A stretch of DNA of 64,000 bases. Origin: Vermamoeba vermiformis (lineage: Eukaryota). The stretch spans positions 1 to 64,000 of the forward strand of contig JBEWZL010000041.1 in assembly GCA_045837725.1 (NCBI GenBank), in the 5' to 3' direction. The position numbers and the translations under genes were made by a program. This document shows positions 10,866 through 23,483 of this stretch, piece after piece. Numbering within the stretch: position 1 is the stretch's first letter; every line of letters begins with the position of its first letter. The notes beneath the pieces were generated by a model that searched no databases, had not been told where the DNA came from, and worked only from the letters and a program-made list of their open reading frames with translations.

Positions 10866-12226
10866 ATGCCAAGAGCTGCTACTAAGTTTAAGCTCTTATT
10901 ATTAGCTGGCTGCCTTGTATTTGTATGCTTGTATGTTCTGCAGATCGGCATAAACGCAAATCCAACAGTTCCAAACTATACAGAACCCGTTACAGTGCCT
11001 AAAATATATTCAAATTCTTCATGGACATTAGTAATTGGCGTTGTATTAAAAGCAAGCAATTTTGAACGAAGAAATGACATCCGAAAATCGTTTATCAATT
11101 TTTATGAAGATGTATACTGTCCCTATTGCGAAAAGAGCCGACATAATAGTCCAAAAGTAATCATAAAACTTTACCATAACCGGCTATTAATATAAATAAA
11201 TAGGTGCGAGTATTCTTTTTTATTGGACACGAAGAAAAATGGTTTGGCGAAGCGAAACTTGAAGAGGCAATCCGTGAAGAGCAACGAAAATATGATGATG
11301 TAGTATATTTAGAGCATATTAAGGAAAATATGGATGAAGGCAAGACGTTTGAGATGTTCAGCTGGATCGCGAAAAATCTAAACTCGCAATACGTAATGAA
11401 AGCAGACGATGATAGCTATATTATCATCCCTAATATACTTAAAAGACTATCAGAGGTCGAGAATATGTTCTCCTCGCCAGGTAAACTTCGATCTTCGCAA
11501 CAAAAAATTAGACGGATTTTCCGACCATTCTGAAGCTATTTTTGACGCTTATACCGATAGATTATGGAGTTTACTATGGATACATATTGAATCCAGGAAG
11601 TTCTAAAGTATCCGGCTCATTTATGGCTGGCATGGGGTAAGTTAATCGCCCTCTGTTGTTTTGTCAATTCTAACTACTTTCTACCATCTTATAGATATAT
11701 TATGAGTCGCGATATCCTGAATTATATTACTACTTCCAAAGATATCAATAAGATTGGCTTTGAAGATCACGTTGTTGCGGATGCAGTTCATCAGTACGTT
11801 AATGCAAGTAAGTCATCGTGTACAGACCATTCTTTACTTAAAATATTTAATAACGCCAATAATTAATCTGAATAATCAGATCTAGAGGCTAAGAACAACA
11901 AGAAAGTCGTTTTCATTGGAGATCGCATCCGCTTTCATGATTTTCCTTCGTACAAAGGACCAGTCTCGTGGGAATTAAGCTGTAATGATATTGTTATACA
12001 TCAACTCAAATCTGATTCGCATTACCAAGCGACGTATTCTTACTTCTCAAACTGCTGTTCAAACAACAACGCAGATCTGCCGCCAATTTGTATAGACCCA
12101 CCGAAAAGCAAAACGACCTGTAGCAATGGAAAATATGGAAGAGAGTGTATGAAAGAAATGTATATTCGTATCGAAGTTGAGCCAGGTTATGAGTACATCG
12201 ATGACTGTAAATACGATACAAAATAA
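10866..12226 (+). CDS. Glycosyltransferase family 31 (beta-1,3-galactosyltransferase-like), type II membrane protein
   Basis: N-terminal TM segment, ERRNDIRKSF, EEQRKYDDVV, ENMDEGKT, YVMKADDDSYI (DxD), FMAGMGY and GFEDHVV across about six exons. Confidence 0.85.
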
Positions 12227-12443
12227 AATTGATGTAAAATGTGGTAAACTCGCATAAATCGAAGTGAAATTACATCTATAGTAATTAATTTATCGATATA
12301 TTGTCGTTCTATCTTAGTTAGTGCACGGATCTAAGCAAGAAATGTTCAATCATTTTTTATTTGGACTTAAGATCGGGTCTATAGTCCACAATATTCAAAA
12401 TTTTTACGCAAGATGTTTGAAATTAAAAAAAACAAACAGAAAT

Positions 12444-14366
12444 TTACAAGAGAGATTTACCGTGAGCAGTCAAGATCAGATCGACGCCCAATGCAACGGT
12501 CTTATTGACTTCTCCGCCCAAGTAACCTCCAATATCGCAACGAATAGTCTCAGGCGTCTCCTTCGGGTTAATCTCGACGAGATCCATCGACATAAGCTTG
12601 CCGGTAGCAACGAGTTCTTCAATCAAATACCGGCTTTCACGTACAGTCAAGCCGCCCATAACTTTAGTACCTATAATAAGCCGACAGTGTTAGTACGTGG
12701 ACGAAGTATTATAGTGTTGAAAGAATACTGGTCCGAGATCCAAGCGTGCAGATCTCGGTCCATCCGCAACAAATTTTTTCTTTTCAGCTGCGAGTTCAAA
12801 ACGAATCATATAATACATACCGGTGCTAGGAGCATAATAAGGATCAATGCCATCAATATCAAAGCTCAAGTGAATAGGACGATCGCGCCGCGGGTTGACG
12901 TGATCCAAAGCTTGCTTAATTACTTCAGGCATGCCCAATTTATCCACTTCTGTCATTGAGAACGCTTTGATATTTAATTTCTTTAAGATCTTCTTCTCGC
13001 CTTCATCAACATCACGCAAGCCAATGAAAACCTAGAAAGGTCCGGTTAATTCTTTCCATAAAAATAGCGTCCAATGAAGGACTATAAATAGAAATGCAAT
13101 CTTAAGAGTCAATTTAATTCTTCTTGCAAATAAGATCATGCAAAGCACAAGAAAATTAACACGTGCAAAAACTTTGTCGAGCGCACTCTATGAAAAATCG
13201 AATAAAAAGTTCGCAGAGAATTGGCATAATAATTGATTATTAATGACTATATAATGCGTTGTTATTAAGCGCTAATAATATGCTGCTCGTGGCAATCTCA
13301 ATAAATTTTTCCACGCGCAGTTGTGTTTTTTGAGACTACAACACATTTAGAATCAAATTAATCAAAAAAAAATATCGATTTTCCCAATGATTATTATAAA
13401 TTATGATATATATTAACAGTACTTACGATGCTATCAGGCTTCAAGCAAGGCTCCAACCAAGATAATCCAGGGACTGATTTTGCATCGAATTCTCCGACCA
13501 AACCAGCCACAGGCATACCTATATTAAGCAATTATTAACATGAGAAATAATTAGCATTTCTTTTGACAAAATTTTCGATCAGATCTTTGACTCACAAAAT
13601 ATATTCGAAATTCGTAACCTCTGAGGACATTTATAATTTAATTCAAAGAATGAATTATATGATATATTGAATGATTTCGTTGAACGAAAATGTTACCGTG
13701 GATGTGTCCTGATCCAGAAGTCTCCGGTGTGTTAATATCAGCATGAGCGTCTACCCAAATAACGCAAGTATCAGGGCGTGCCTTCATAATGCTATACAAA
13801 AGTTTGCGACGATAAGTAACCGAAATCAACCGACGGATGGAGATCGTAAGCGAACATCCGCAACTCGCTGCTTACCCTGAAATAGAACCAAGAGCAATGC
13901 TATGATCTCCTCCAATAATAGTAACTAAGTTGTCACGATCTCGAGCCTAAAAGGGGTGATGAATAAACGCGTCCTTTTGTTAAAGTAGATGTTGATGCGA
14001 CTTCAGCTTACATGTTTATAGACTGCATCGTGTATTTTCTTGCATGCGTTAGAGCACTCTTCGGGGCTCATAAGACGCTCTCCCTAATTTTAGAAATATT
14101 TCCATTAATAAAAAAAAATTCTGCGGAGCTAATTGCGATCGTTGGATGGGAATTCAATTGCCTTTGCCAACACTTACAGCTTTTCTCGTAGCTACACCAA
14201 CAGGAATATCAACGTTTCCTGCATCTTCCACGCGAAAACCTAAAGACTTGATCTTGTCGGCCAATCCGGTCTTGCGGAGCGCATCAGGAGCAGTCTCAAC
14301 ACCAGAAAGCTCTTGTCCAAAGGCAGACGGAGCTCCAATAATTACAGACTGTCTTTGAAGTTCCAT
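12444..14366 (-). CDS. ARG1: Arginase
   Basis: Metal-binding and signature motifs across six to seven exons: [32 protein letters not shown](MP), [26 protein letters not shown] and MDLVEINP. Confidence 0.95.
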
Positions 14367-14742
14367 TGTGCTAACTACTTCGAGAATAGTGGTTTGAAAC
14401 TTCGTGTCTCATTTTGTGTTTTATGTTACGCAGCACGTGCTCAGTTTGCATTCTTGTTTTCAAATGTTAGCAATTCTACCACAGAATAAAAGATGCTATA
14501 ATTAGGTAGAGTAGAAAGAATAAGAGCAATTATATGATTGCGAATCTTTTTTGAAACCTCCGATCAAATCCGGATTTATCAAACAAAAGGGTTTTATTCG
14601 GGTTAACTTTACAAAAACGGCACATTTGGTTGGTGTCTTTACCAACGGCAATAAGTATTGGGGTTTACGGCTTGGGTTTTTCGGATGGTGGATTTGGATT
14701 GGGTGTTTTTCTAACGTCTTTTCTTTCCGCTATTTAATCTTC

Positions 14743-16451
14743 TTAAACAATGTTGACCGAGTTGAAGAACTTTGAGTCGTATGCTGTTGAATTTTGATGC
14801 TCTATCAACAATCTAGTCACAGCTGACTCAGCGTCGTCTCCACCGCCAACATCAATATTATACACGCTGTTTGATTGAGTTACTTTCGTCAAGTCACCTT
14901 CTGACTTAGGTCGTTGAATAGGCCACGCAGTAGTAGGCTGGACTTGAGGAGTGACGAAGGTCGTGATCTCGGGTGTGATCAAGATCGGCATCACGTTCTT
15001 CGCGTGACCTGCAGGAGGCGGTGTAGCAGTGCCAGTAGCACGAGCACCCTTAGCACCATATGTAGTAACATCTGTCAGTTGTTGACTGTTCAATGAGCGA
15101 TGGCTATGACCGGCTGGTTTGGGAGTCTTCATTTCAACAGGCGTGAGTAACTGGCCATTATTAGATGACCAATACTTCGGCATTGCGGTCGCTGCTCTCT
15201 TCTTATCGCTCGCGGACGAGGCACTGCGTGTTCTTCCGAGATCCGGAGTTGATGAATGTCGATCACCATTGTTCGACACCAACACGTTGAAACTGTTGTA
15301 ATAACTCGGATTGTAGTAGAGGTCCGCAGTAGACAAGTCACTGTCGCTAGTGTTTGCTGAAACTGATCCATAGGAGATGAATTTTGTCTCGATAACTGGC
15401 GGTGCGAGCAGATTCGTTGTAAGGGTATTGTTGCTGTTGTGAGTTGCTTCATTTCTTCTAGACTTAGTGGAATGATAGCTGAATGCGCTTTCAGTCTTCT
15501 TGCGTTGAATAATCTGGAATAGCTTGACGATTCCGAAAATTACGGATTCGATCAGGATCACGGCGCCCCAAATGCAGAGAGGCCACATGAACCACATATC
15601 CTCGCTTTGACCATTGAAGTACCAAATTCCGACATTCATGCCATTGATAACGACGAAAAGCATTATCTGAGGCAATAACAAAATTTGTCGCAAATCCAAG
15701 TACACGGCGGTAAAGTGGATCGTGAGTGCAACACCACTGAGGCCAAGGACGAAGAATAGCCAAGGGTGATGCACGCTGTTGAAGTACCATAGTAAGAATA
15801 ACACCATGTCGAAAGTCGCTGCAACGGATGTGTGGAGTAAAAAGTACAATTTCGATCGGCTTTCGGGCTCGGTCTCCAAATCTGCAGTTTCTTTGAAATA
15901 AACGACTTCCCATATGAGTAAATAGACGCCCATGACGATGAGGAACCAAGGAAATTCTTTGCTAGGTCCCAACAAGCCCCAAGCTGTAAAATGATTAGAT
16001 CATGAAAAAGTCAAGGGGTGCCAGATGCATTTCGCGAAATAATAAATTATTGATAATAGGTAGTTATAAGAGTCAACATATATTAAAATTAAAGCCAAGA
16101 AGGGAAAAATTAAATGTCTGAACATTCCTTCGAATGTGACAAATAGTGTTCCGTATCACGTATTTGGACCAATTAGGCCCGAATTATGAATATTAAAATA
16201 AAGTAATGCTTACCGACTACGGAAAAAAGACTAAGAGCCATAAACCCAAGGAATCTAACGAGATTTTGATGGTTTCGCTTCAGTTTTTCTTCTTGATCAT
16301 TCTGCGGTTGCTTTTCGACTACTGATCTTTCATATCGACGTGGGCAATCAGGAAAATGGTCCTTTCGTTGTCCTTTATAGTCCCACCGATCGTACAGTGC
16401 CACTCCGCAGGTGTCGCAGAACGGATTCTCTACTGTTGTTCTATTATTCAT
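14743..16451 (-). CDS. Multi-pass membrane protein with long low-complexity C-terminal tail, function unknown
   Basis: Exon 1 (~16213-16451) includes CDTC...HFPDC. Exon 2 (~14743-15985) encodes five to six hydrophobic helices and then an S/T/P-rich tail. Confidence 0.7.
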
Positions 16452-17467
16452 TGATAGTTCCGCATATTGTCTTCAAATTAATAATTAGGGCCCACTGTAG
16501 TGTCGTCTCTCGCGACTAAATGAAAAACAAGAAACCTTTGCGCAACTAAAATGGTGGAGCGAAAGGTCATCAGAAAAGTCGAGAATAAGAAACATTCAGA
16601 AAATGTCTTGTTCCATTTCGCAACGTCATTCTCTGAGTGAAAAGTACGAACACACGTGGCTGTGTGATAAAAGGCTATTCTACAGACTTTGGGACTGCAT
16701 CGCGTTTATTAGTGGGATTCGCGATCTCTGTTTTACTTGAACAGTTGTGGGACCGGCGCTTCAGAACAACATACTAGATATTATTTTGTGTCTCTTGATG
16801 GTGCGGAGATTGATAAGGAATGATTTGGAAACTTCGTAAGCACATACCAGATTTAAAATTGTGTAGTTCATCACAATGAGCCCTCGTCTCATTTCTGACA
16901 TCAACTAAGCGATGTGGTAATTTTGTAGACGAAATTACTACCGAAAGAAATTATTTTGATCAGTGTAACGGTCATCCAGCCAAGTCTGAAAGCCAGGACA
17001 CGCTACTGAATGGCGTCGTTTCATGTATTTCCTAATAATAGATGAAATGAACAGTAGTTTGTGGTACAAACGAGTGCGCGTGTTAGGTCGCCACGTTCTG
17101 AATCTGCGCGACCAATCTGACTGGGCACACGATCTGAGCAATTAAGCTCAATTTCATGACCGTACTTGATTGGGCTTCGTATAATAGAATGCGAGGCTAA
17201 TAGTGCGTAATTTGGCGCGTTTCCTCTCGCGCAATCTTATTTCTAGCTTGTCACGTTCGCCTGTCAAGTTTTATCGCGTAGTTGCTTCAAACTCGACTTG
17301 CCCTATTGAACCAGCGTGGAATAGCACATTATTGCAGCATCTGTGGACCATTATTCTGGATAATTAGCTTTTTGCAGCGTTTCAGTTACTTGTGATACTA
17401 CGAGTCAGATTTGGACGCGTCATTATTAACCACAAATAGACCATTCTATAATTAATTCCAATTCAAT

Positions 17468-20402
17468 ATGAGCGATGTAGGATTAGTTAGAGCAGACAGT
17501 GCTAACGGACGTAAGTATTATGGGCTTGCCAAGCCAAAAATAATAATTAATAATTGGGTCCCCAACCGCCTAATTGCAATTTTATTTGTGATTGTAATAA
17601 TTTGATTATACGTGACAATTTTTATGCAAAGTTATTGGTTTTAATTGTTTTTAGTCCTATTTTCGTGTCACATCTGCCAATTCTAAAATGAAATTGTTTG
17701 TAATAATACGTAATTGGAATTATAGATGCTAATATGCTATTGAATAGTATCATTGCCGAAAATTCCACCTCCAAAAGCGTCTCCGCGTCAACCAGGCTCG
17801 CCAAAAGTGTCTCGGGCTCAATCCACAGCTCCTTTGCCTCCACCACCAGTAGCTGTGTTAAATAATATGCGAAGAGACAGTAGTAAGTGGTTTATATGAG
17901 CACTAAAATGTGATAGCAACAACGTCCTGAAAGTACTCCAAAAACACATCTGACAGTTCTCGATTTCTGTTTTATTGTTAAAGTAGTGATTTCTTTGGTG
18001 ATATTATTTTTCAATTAATTATTTTAATATGCCAATAATGGTTATTTGTTTCTCTTTACGCGTTTGTGTCCGACGAGGAACACAGATGTGACTGTTCCCA
18101 CTCAAATTAAGCTTGTAATCAGCTTATCGTTATTTTATTAACGTCATAATTTGCAGATTCATCGCTAGCAGAATCACACGATGAGAAGTCAATGGATTCG
18201 GCTCGATCGCTGACAGACGACTCAAACTTTTCAGAAAGCGAAAATGAACAAACCAAACCGACGAGGTATATTTAAATAACGATCGATCAGCTTGATATAG
18301 GCAATTCAAACAAAAATATCTTCTTCCAAGCTTAATTTCGATGTTCTATTTTTAGTTCAAATTCCCGATCTCTAATAATATTGGACTCGTTGACGGCAAT
18401 ATTAATTCGCGACGCATGACTTAAATTGACGATCAATGGCATCATTTGTTAATTATTCTGTTTAGGATCCACAAAGGCAGTATCAGTATTAGTTTAGGAC
18501 CCACGCCAATTGTTTCAGCAAAAGCTCGCAGCGCCAAGTAAATATTATTCGTATTGCCTAATTATATAGGAAGTGCTAACGTACCAATTCTTCTCGAAGG
18601 ACGCCGACTAAGAAAGCTCCAGCTCCTCAACCAAAGGGATCTCCAGACTCCATTAAGAAACAAAGACCAGCTATGAGCCGTTCTGGCGAGATTAAATTGG
18701 CCAAACAAGGCGCTGGCGGTAGATCTGCCACTTTGCGCGGTACTCTACGAAAAAGGTTAGTACACAACGTTGGTTCTTATTTTTCTTTTATTCGTCAAAA
18801 TCTTCGCCTTAATAGCACGTACGATATTGTGTAGTGTTTGCAGTATAATATAAGCAGTAGCTCGGCATGATTTTTGAATTTTTGGAACAGTGCGGATCAT
18901 TGACTTACGATTTTATGACTACAGTAAGGATCTCAGTGAGAGCGGCAAGCTTAAGAAGTTGACGAAGAGCACACTGACTGTAGCTGTTGAGATACCCAAA
19001 GAGACCCGCACTGCTTGGGAACACAAGTTAGAGCTCGATTATGTACGTGTCACGCATGACCAAATTTTCATCTTTCTTTGCATATTAGTGATTTTACTTA
19101 CAAGCTACTCTCGTAGGCGGAGGAGTTACAGACTAAGCTAGGCTACAATAAGCAAATTGACGATTTACACTTCCAAGAAGAGCTTGGCGTAAGTATTGCC
19201 GTAGATCTGCGCCTGAAAATGCTATCGATGAATTCAACGATATTAATATATAGTAGAATTCATATTATATAGCGTTGTCGATAATATTCTAATTATATTG
19301 ATTGCAGAAATTAATCATACCAACGATAATGGACATCACTTCAAGGGCAACGACAACGGAACAATTGCAGCTTAAATATCTCCTCGTATTCTTAGACACT
19401 ACAGGTAAGGTTAATAAATTTCGTAGCTTTACCACGAAGCTGCTTAATTTGAGGCCCTAAAAGAACACGTACTGGCTCAGATCTTGCTTCGAATAGCTTC
19501 TAATCCATCTTTTCGTTATAGATCCCATTACTAGCAACACAATTTATCGCAAGAAGGGCAAGCCAGCAGAAGTAAAGAAACTGCGAAAGGATCTCGACAA
19601 GTTGGTTGCTGATTATGAGAAAGAACATCGAGAAGACAAAGAAAAGAAGGACAAAAAAGATAAGAAAGGCAAGTAAAATTCTGAGTGCATTTAACCGCGA
19701 TAATTTAGCTACATAAGCTAAATTTGTAAAGCAAATCCAGAATTCCAAATTTCTATGATTTCCTTTGCAAGATTGTATTGCATACTCATTAATATCATGA
19801 ATAGATGTCGGAATGAGGACTAAAGAAATAACATCCGCTGGCGAGCTGCTGAAGGAACTTTTAAAGGCTATGCCAGATCCGTTGATCCCGACCGAATTTT
19901 ATTTTGACGCGCTTGCAGCACATGGTATGTACATGATCATAATATATCGACCGCTTAATCTATATGCATTATACTTAATGCGCTATATAATGATTTTTAA
20001 GCTTATTTTTGACGAATTTTCTAGTCGGATATTATATTCATTTATGCAATTGCCTTCAACGAAAAGATTACTGAATATTAATTCCTTGAATATATAGGTC
20101 TCGAAGGAAGCGTTAAGTTGCTCTACGTTCGAGATTTGGTGCGAGAGGTCAAGGGCGATCAGCGTTTGATCCTTCAAATGCTTTTGATCTACATGTTGAG
20201 GCTATCTGAGAACTCTATTAAGAACGAGTTCACACTTGATGAAATTAGCCAAGTATTTTGCCCTTATATTATTGCGGATAAGGCAAGTTTTGAACAAACC
20301 AAATCCGCCGAAGAAAGTGTACCCTCGCCTGAAGAGGCGGTTAAAGTGGTCTCTTTCATGGTTACCAACTACAAATTCATATTTATGTATGAAGCTGTAT
20401 AA
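17468..20402 (+). CDS. RhoGAP domain protein
   Basis: Multi-exon gene. Arginine-finger-like TIYRKKG, AGELLKELLKAMPDPLIP and NSIKNEFTLDEISQVFCP. The 5' exons are tentative. Confidence 0.75.
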
Positions 20403-21109
20403 TACTATAATACCACCGTAACTATACTACAAATAATACTAATTTTGAAAATAATTGAAACTCAATCCTACATCTGCTGTATTTCTCATTTTTGTAGCAT
20501 AAAGGATAACAAGCTTGTATTTCTATAACAAAAAAATAAACAATACTACTTACATCAAATACGGGGACGGTGTAGCCTGATCGGCTTCCAAGCCCATCCA
20601 ATTTCCTCAGAGAGGTGTTAATCGACCATGTATCTATTCCTACCATATTAATAGTATTCAGTGTTGGTCAGTAGTGCGATGTTGCTCCAGCGCTGCGAGA
20701 GATAAAAAAATGTGTGATGGTCTGTTGGTTCAGTCCTTGCATAATCACCTATAAAAGAACATAAAAGGTTAGTATATTTGCGTACTAAAAGTGGCCTACG
20801 TATCGAAGAAGACTCGGAGTTACGAGCTTGCAAATCTGTCAATTAATTACGGATGCACCATTTGATAATACTAGCGGACAATTAATGACGTGTTATAAAT
20901 AATAATAATACTTGGTAATATGGAAATATCTGCCACCAAAAGTAGCGAGCAGTAACACGCGCAGAAGATTATTAATTTTCAATAATTTTAATCGTTGTCA
21001 TAATCACCTAAAATAGCAATATAGCTCATAGCGAATGTTAATTAAATGATAATAATATTTTAAAAATATTTGGCAATTTTAGAACCAGTAGTAATATTTT
21101 ATTTTGTAG

Positions 21110-21379
21110 ATGAACCGCATCTTCTCTCAAGCACTTACTAGCGCAATTCGCCCATTGATTCGCACAACCGAATCGCGAATGGCACCCACTGTGACTCCTA
21201 TTAACAGACCTGCGACCTCAGCAATGGTTCCTGTATCCAGCCAACCTGTCAGCTTTTTCTCAGCCGAGAACCCCAGCATTATTAAGCAATTTTGCGAGTC
21301 AAAGAATAAAAAACATCGTAAGGTACAAAAGAAATATAGAAAGAAACAAGGAAAGAAAGTAAACATGCGCAGAATTTAA
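21110..21379 (+). CDS. Small basic protein with mitochondrial-type presequence (possible mitoribosomal protein)
   Basis: R/S/T/A-rich, acid-poor N-terminus followed by the very basic ESKNKKHRKVQKKYRKKQGKKVNMRRI. Confidence 0.55.
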   Translation: MNRIFSQALTSAIRPLIRTTESRMAPTVTPINRPATSAMVPVSSQPVSFFSAENPSIIKQFCESKNKKHRKVQKKYRKKQGKKVNMRRI

Positions 21380-21778
21380 ATCTGGATCTGTATAAAATAA
21401 CCAAGTAAAACCAATTGTCCATTTATATTAATTTGCAGCATCGATGATTATTGATATCAATAATGCGTAATCTTAGTAAAATAACTAAAATAATACGGTC
21501 TCCCGCACGTGGTTGTAGATCCAGCTCGTTGGGTTTGTTTTTGGAATCATTATGAAAGAGTGACACGACGGCCATTAAGTGGGTGCACTAGTAATCAAAT
21601 TGCGCATACTTGGTAAGTGATGTTCGAGTTTTGAGCCAAAAGAATGCGCAAAACAAGTTCGAAGAAAAATTCAGGCTTTTGCAGTTGATATTTTTGACCT
21701 CAATGAGCAACACAAGGGAGCTGTAGAAAATTTTTGTAATATTTATTTTATTTATTTTAGATATCATATATTATTTTC

Positions 21779-23151
21779 ATGGAGCAGAATAAAGGAACAG
21801 ATCAAGCTGCTCCAAATCCAAAAGCAGCCGTCTTAGAAAAACCAGAAGTAAAAGAGGCCATAGCAAAATTCAAGGAAACGAGTGGCTTGGAGCTAAAGAA
21901 ATTATGCACGGAAGGATTGGATTTTCAAGAAGCAGTCAACAAATTGGTAGACAAACTGCGATCTAGTCGAATCCAGTTTCAATGCAATGACCAAAACTTG
22001 AAGCTGGTATCAAAAGTATCAGGTTTCGATAGAAGAGGAGCGATCCGCGTGTTGCTCATCAGAGAAGAATTAGTTCGGCTGCGTCACCTTGGATATTCAA
22101 CCTCAGACGCAATCTACGAGTTAATAAATAGAATTCGAAGGCTTGCTGGACAAAAGCGAGGACTATCATCATTAGGAAATATAGAAGATGAAAGAATAGC
22201 AAAACGTCCTAAATTGAAAAATGAAAGATCAAAAAAGCGCACTTTTGATCAGGCTGGCTACGGAGAAGAAAGCCAAGAATTGGCGTCAGGTATGTAACAA
22301 AATTAAGAAATAATTTTTGCAAGCTTAAATAATGTTTTGGCGCCATATTTGATTGCCTGCTATTTTTGTCATTGGATTTTGGTTTTTATTCATTTTTATC
22401 GTTCTAAATACGAGAATAATACGCGAAAAATATCTAAATCGTTATGGCCCATTTTTCAAAGGATTTTTACGCTTATAATTCTGCATTTTAAGATCAAAAA
22501 AAATTGACAGTGCCAATTATTCTAGGCGAAGAAGAAATAGAACATAAGAAAAAGAAAAGGAAAGTTGGATTTGAACTAGAAGAAAGCAGCGTTTCAGAAG
22601 TTTCACGGTCCGATGCTGCAAAGGAAGACGAACCATCTATCACAACAGATCAAGACGACGTGCAACCAGACAATAATGGTGTACCTCGTAGATCATCAGC
22701 TGCAAATTTGTTCTCGCGGTTGTTCTCGCTGTTCACTGCTGGAAATAATGGCGAAGGTTTGACGGGTCCCTCGGAAAATCACACTGACGGCAGTGGCCAC
22801 CAATCACTGCTGTTACCTCACACGCCGCCTGGTTACGAACACTTCGATGAAGACGATGAGGACCAACTTGATGACGAGGAGCTGTATGAATTTCAAGATG
22901 ATAACCTTGGAGATTATGAAAATGCAAATGTTGGCGGCGAGTTTAGCGAAGATGAGCTCCCTCGGTTAAACAATAACTCCGAGAGTGTCGAAGGCGATGA
23001 AGATGTAAATGATGAAAATGGAGCTATGTCACGGAAGCGAAGTCGGGATCTGAACTCTAACGAAGGCGAATCCGAACCAAAAAGGAAACGAACTAATAAT
23101 AGCACTAATAGTACTGGTTTGTTTCTTCAGCGACAAAACTCATGTAAATAG
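21779..23151 (+). CDS. Hypothetical nuclear protein (helical N-terminal domain, acidic tail, NLS-like motifs)
   Basis: Two exons (~21779-22289 and ~22526-23151). KRPK, KKKKRK and KRKR motifs plus a D/E-rich region. Confidence 0.65.
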
Positions 23152-23483
23152 TGTGCAAAGTGACGTAAATAAACGACAAATTACCCTGATCCCCGCCTCC
23201 TTCTTTGGCGGTGCGGATGGTGGACGGCGAAACAGACAGCGACCAGAGATTTGCGGAGCATTTCCCAATGAATTAGTTGTGAACTAGTAGATATCATGAA
23301 TTCTGGCGTCTGGCAATAACGCGAACCAAAACCAGGTATTCTAAAAGTAATTTCATTAAAGCTAATTCGCTTGAAATTTCTCGAAAAAACCCTTCGTTTA
23401 TTTTCGGCACACGTACTTATAACCAACCAAAAAACTGATTTACTCTCATCATTTTTGAACAAAGTAATACACAAGGAACAACA

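Noticed and set aside
12321-12959. 212 aa plus-strand ORF
   Set aside because: Antisense shadow of the arginase exons, with no domain features.
16500-17460. tRNA, snRNA or hidden gene in the longest intergenic gap
   Set aside because: No cloverleaf, A/B box pair or convincing ORF found by eye; a covariance-model search would be needed.
20422-20860. Small minus-strand gene or ncRNA between the RhoGAP and the small basic gene
   Set aside because: Splice-like signals exist but no consistent open frame or RNA structure could be built.
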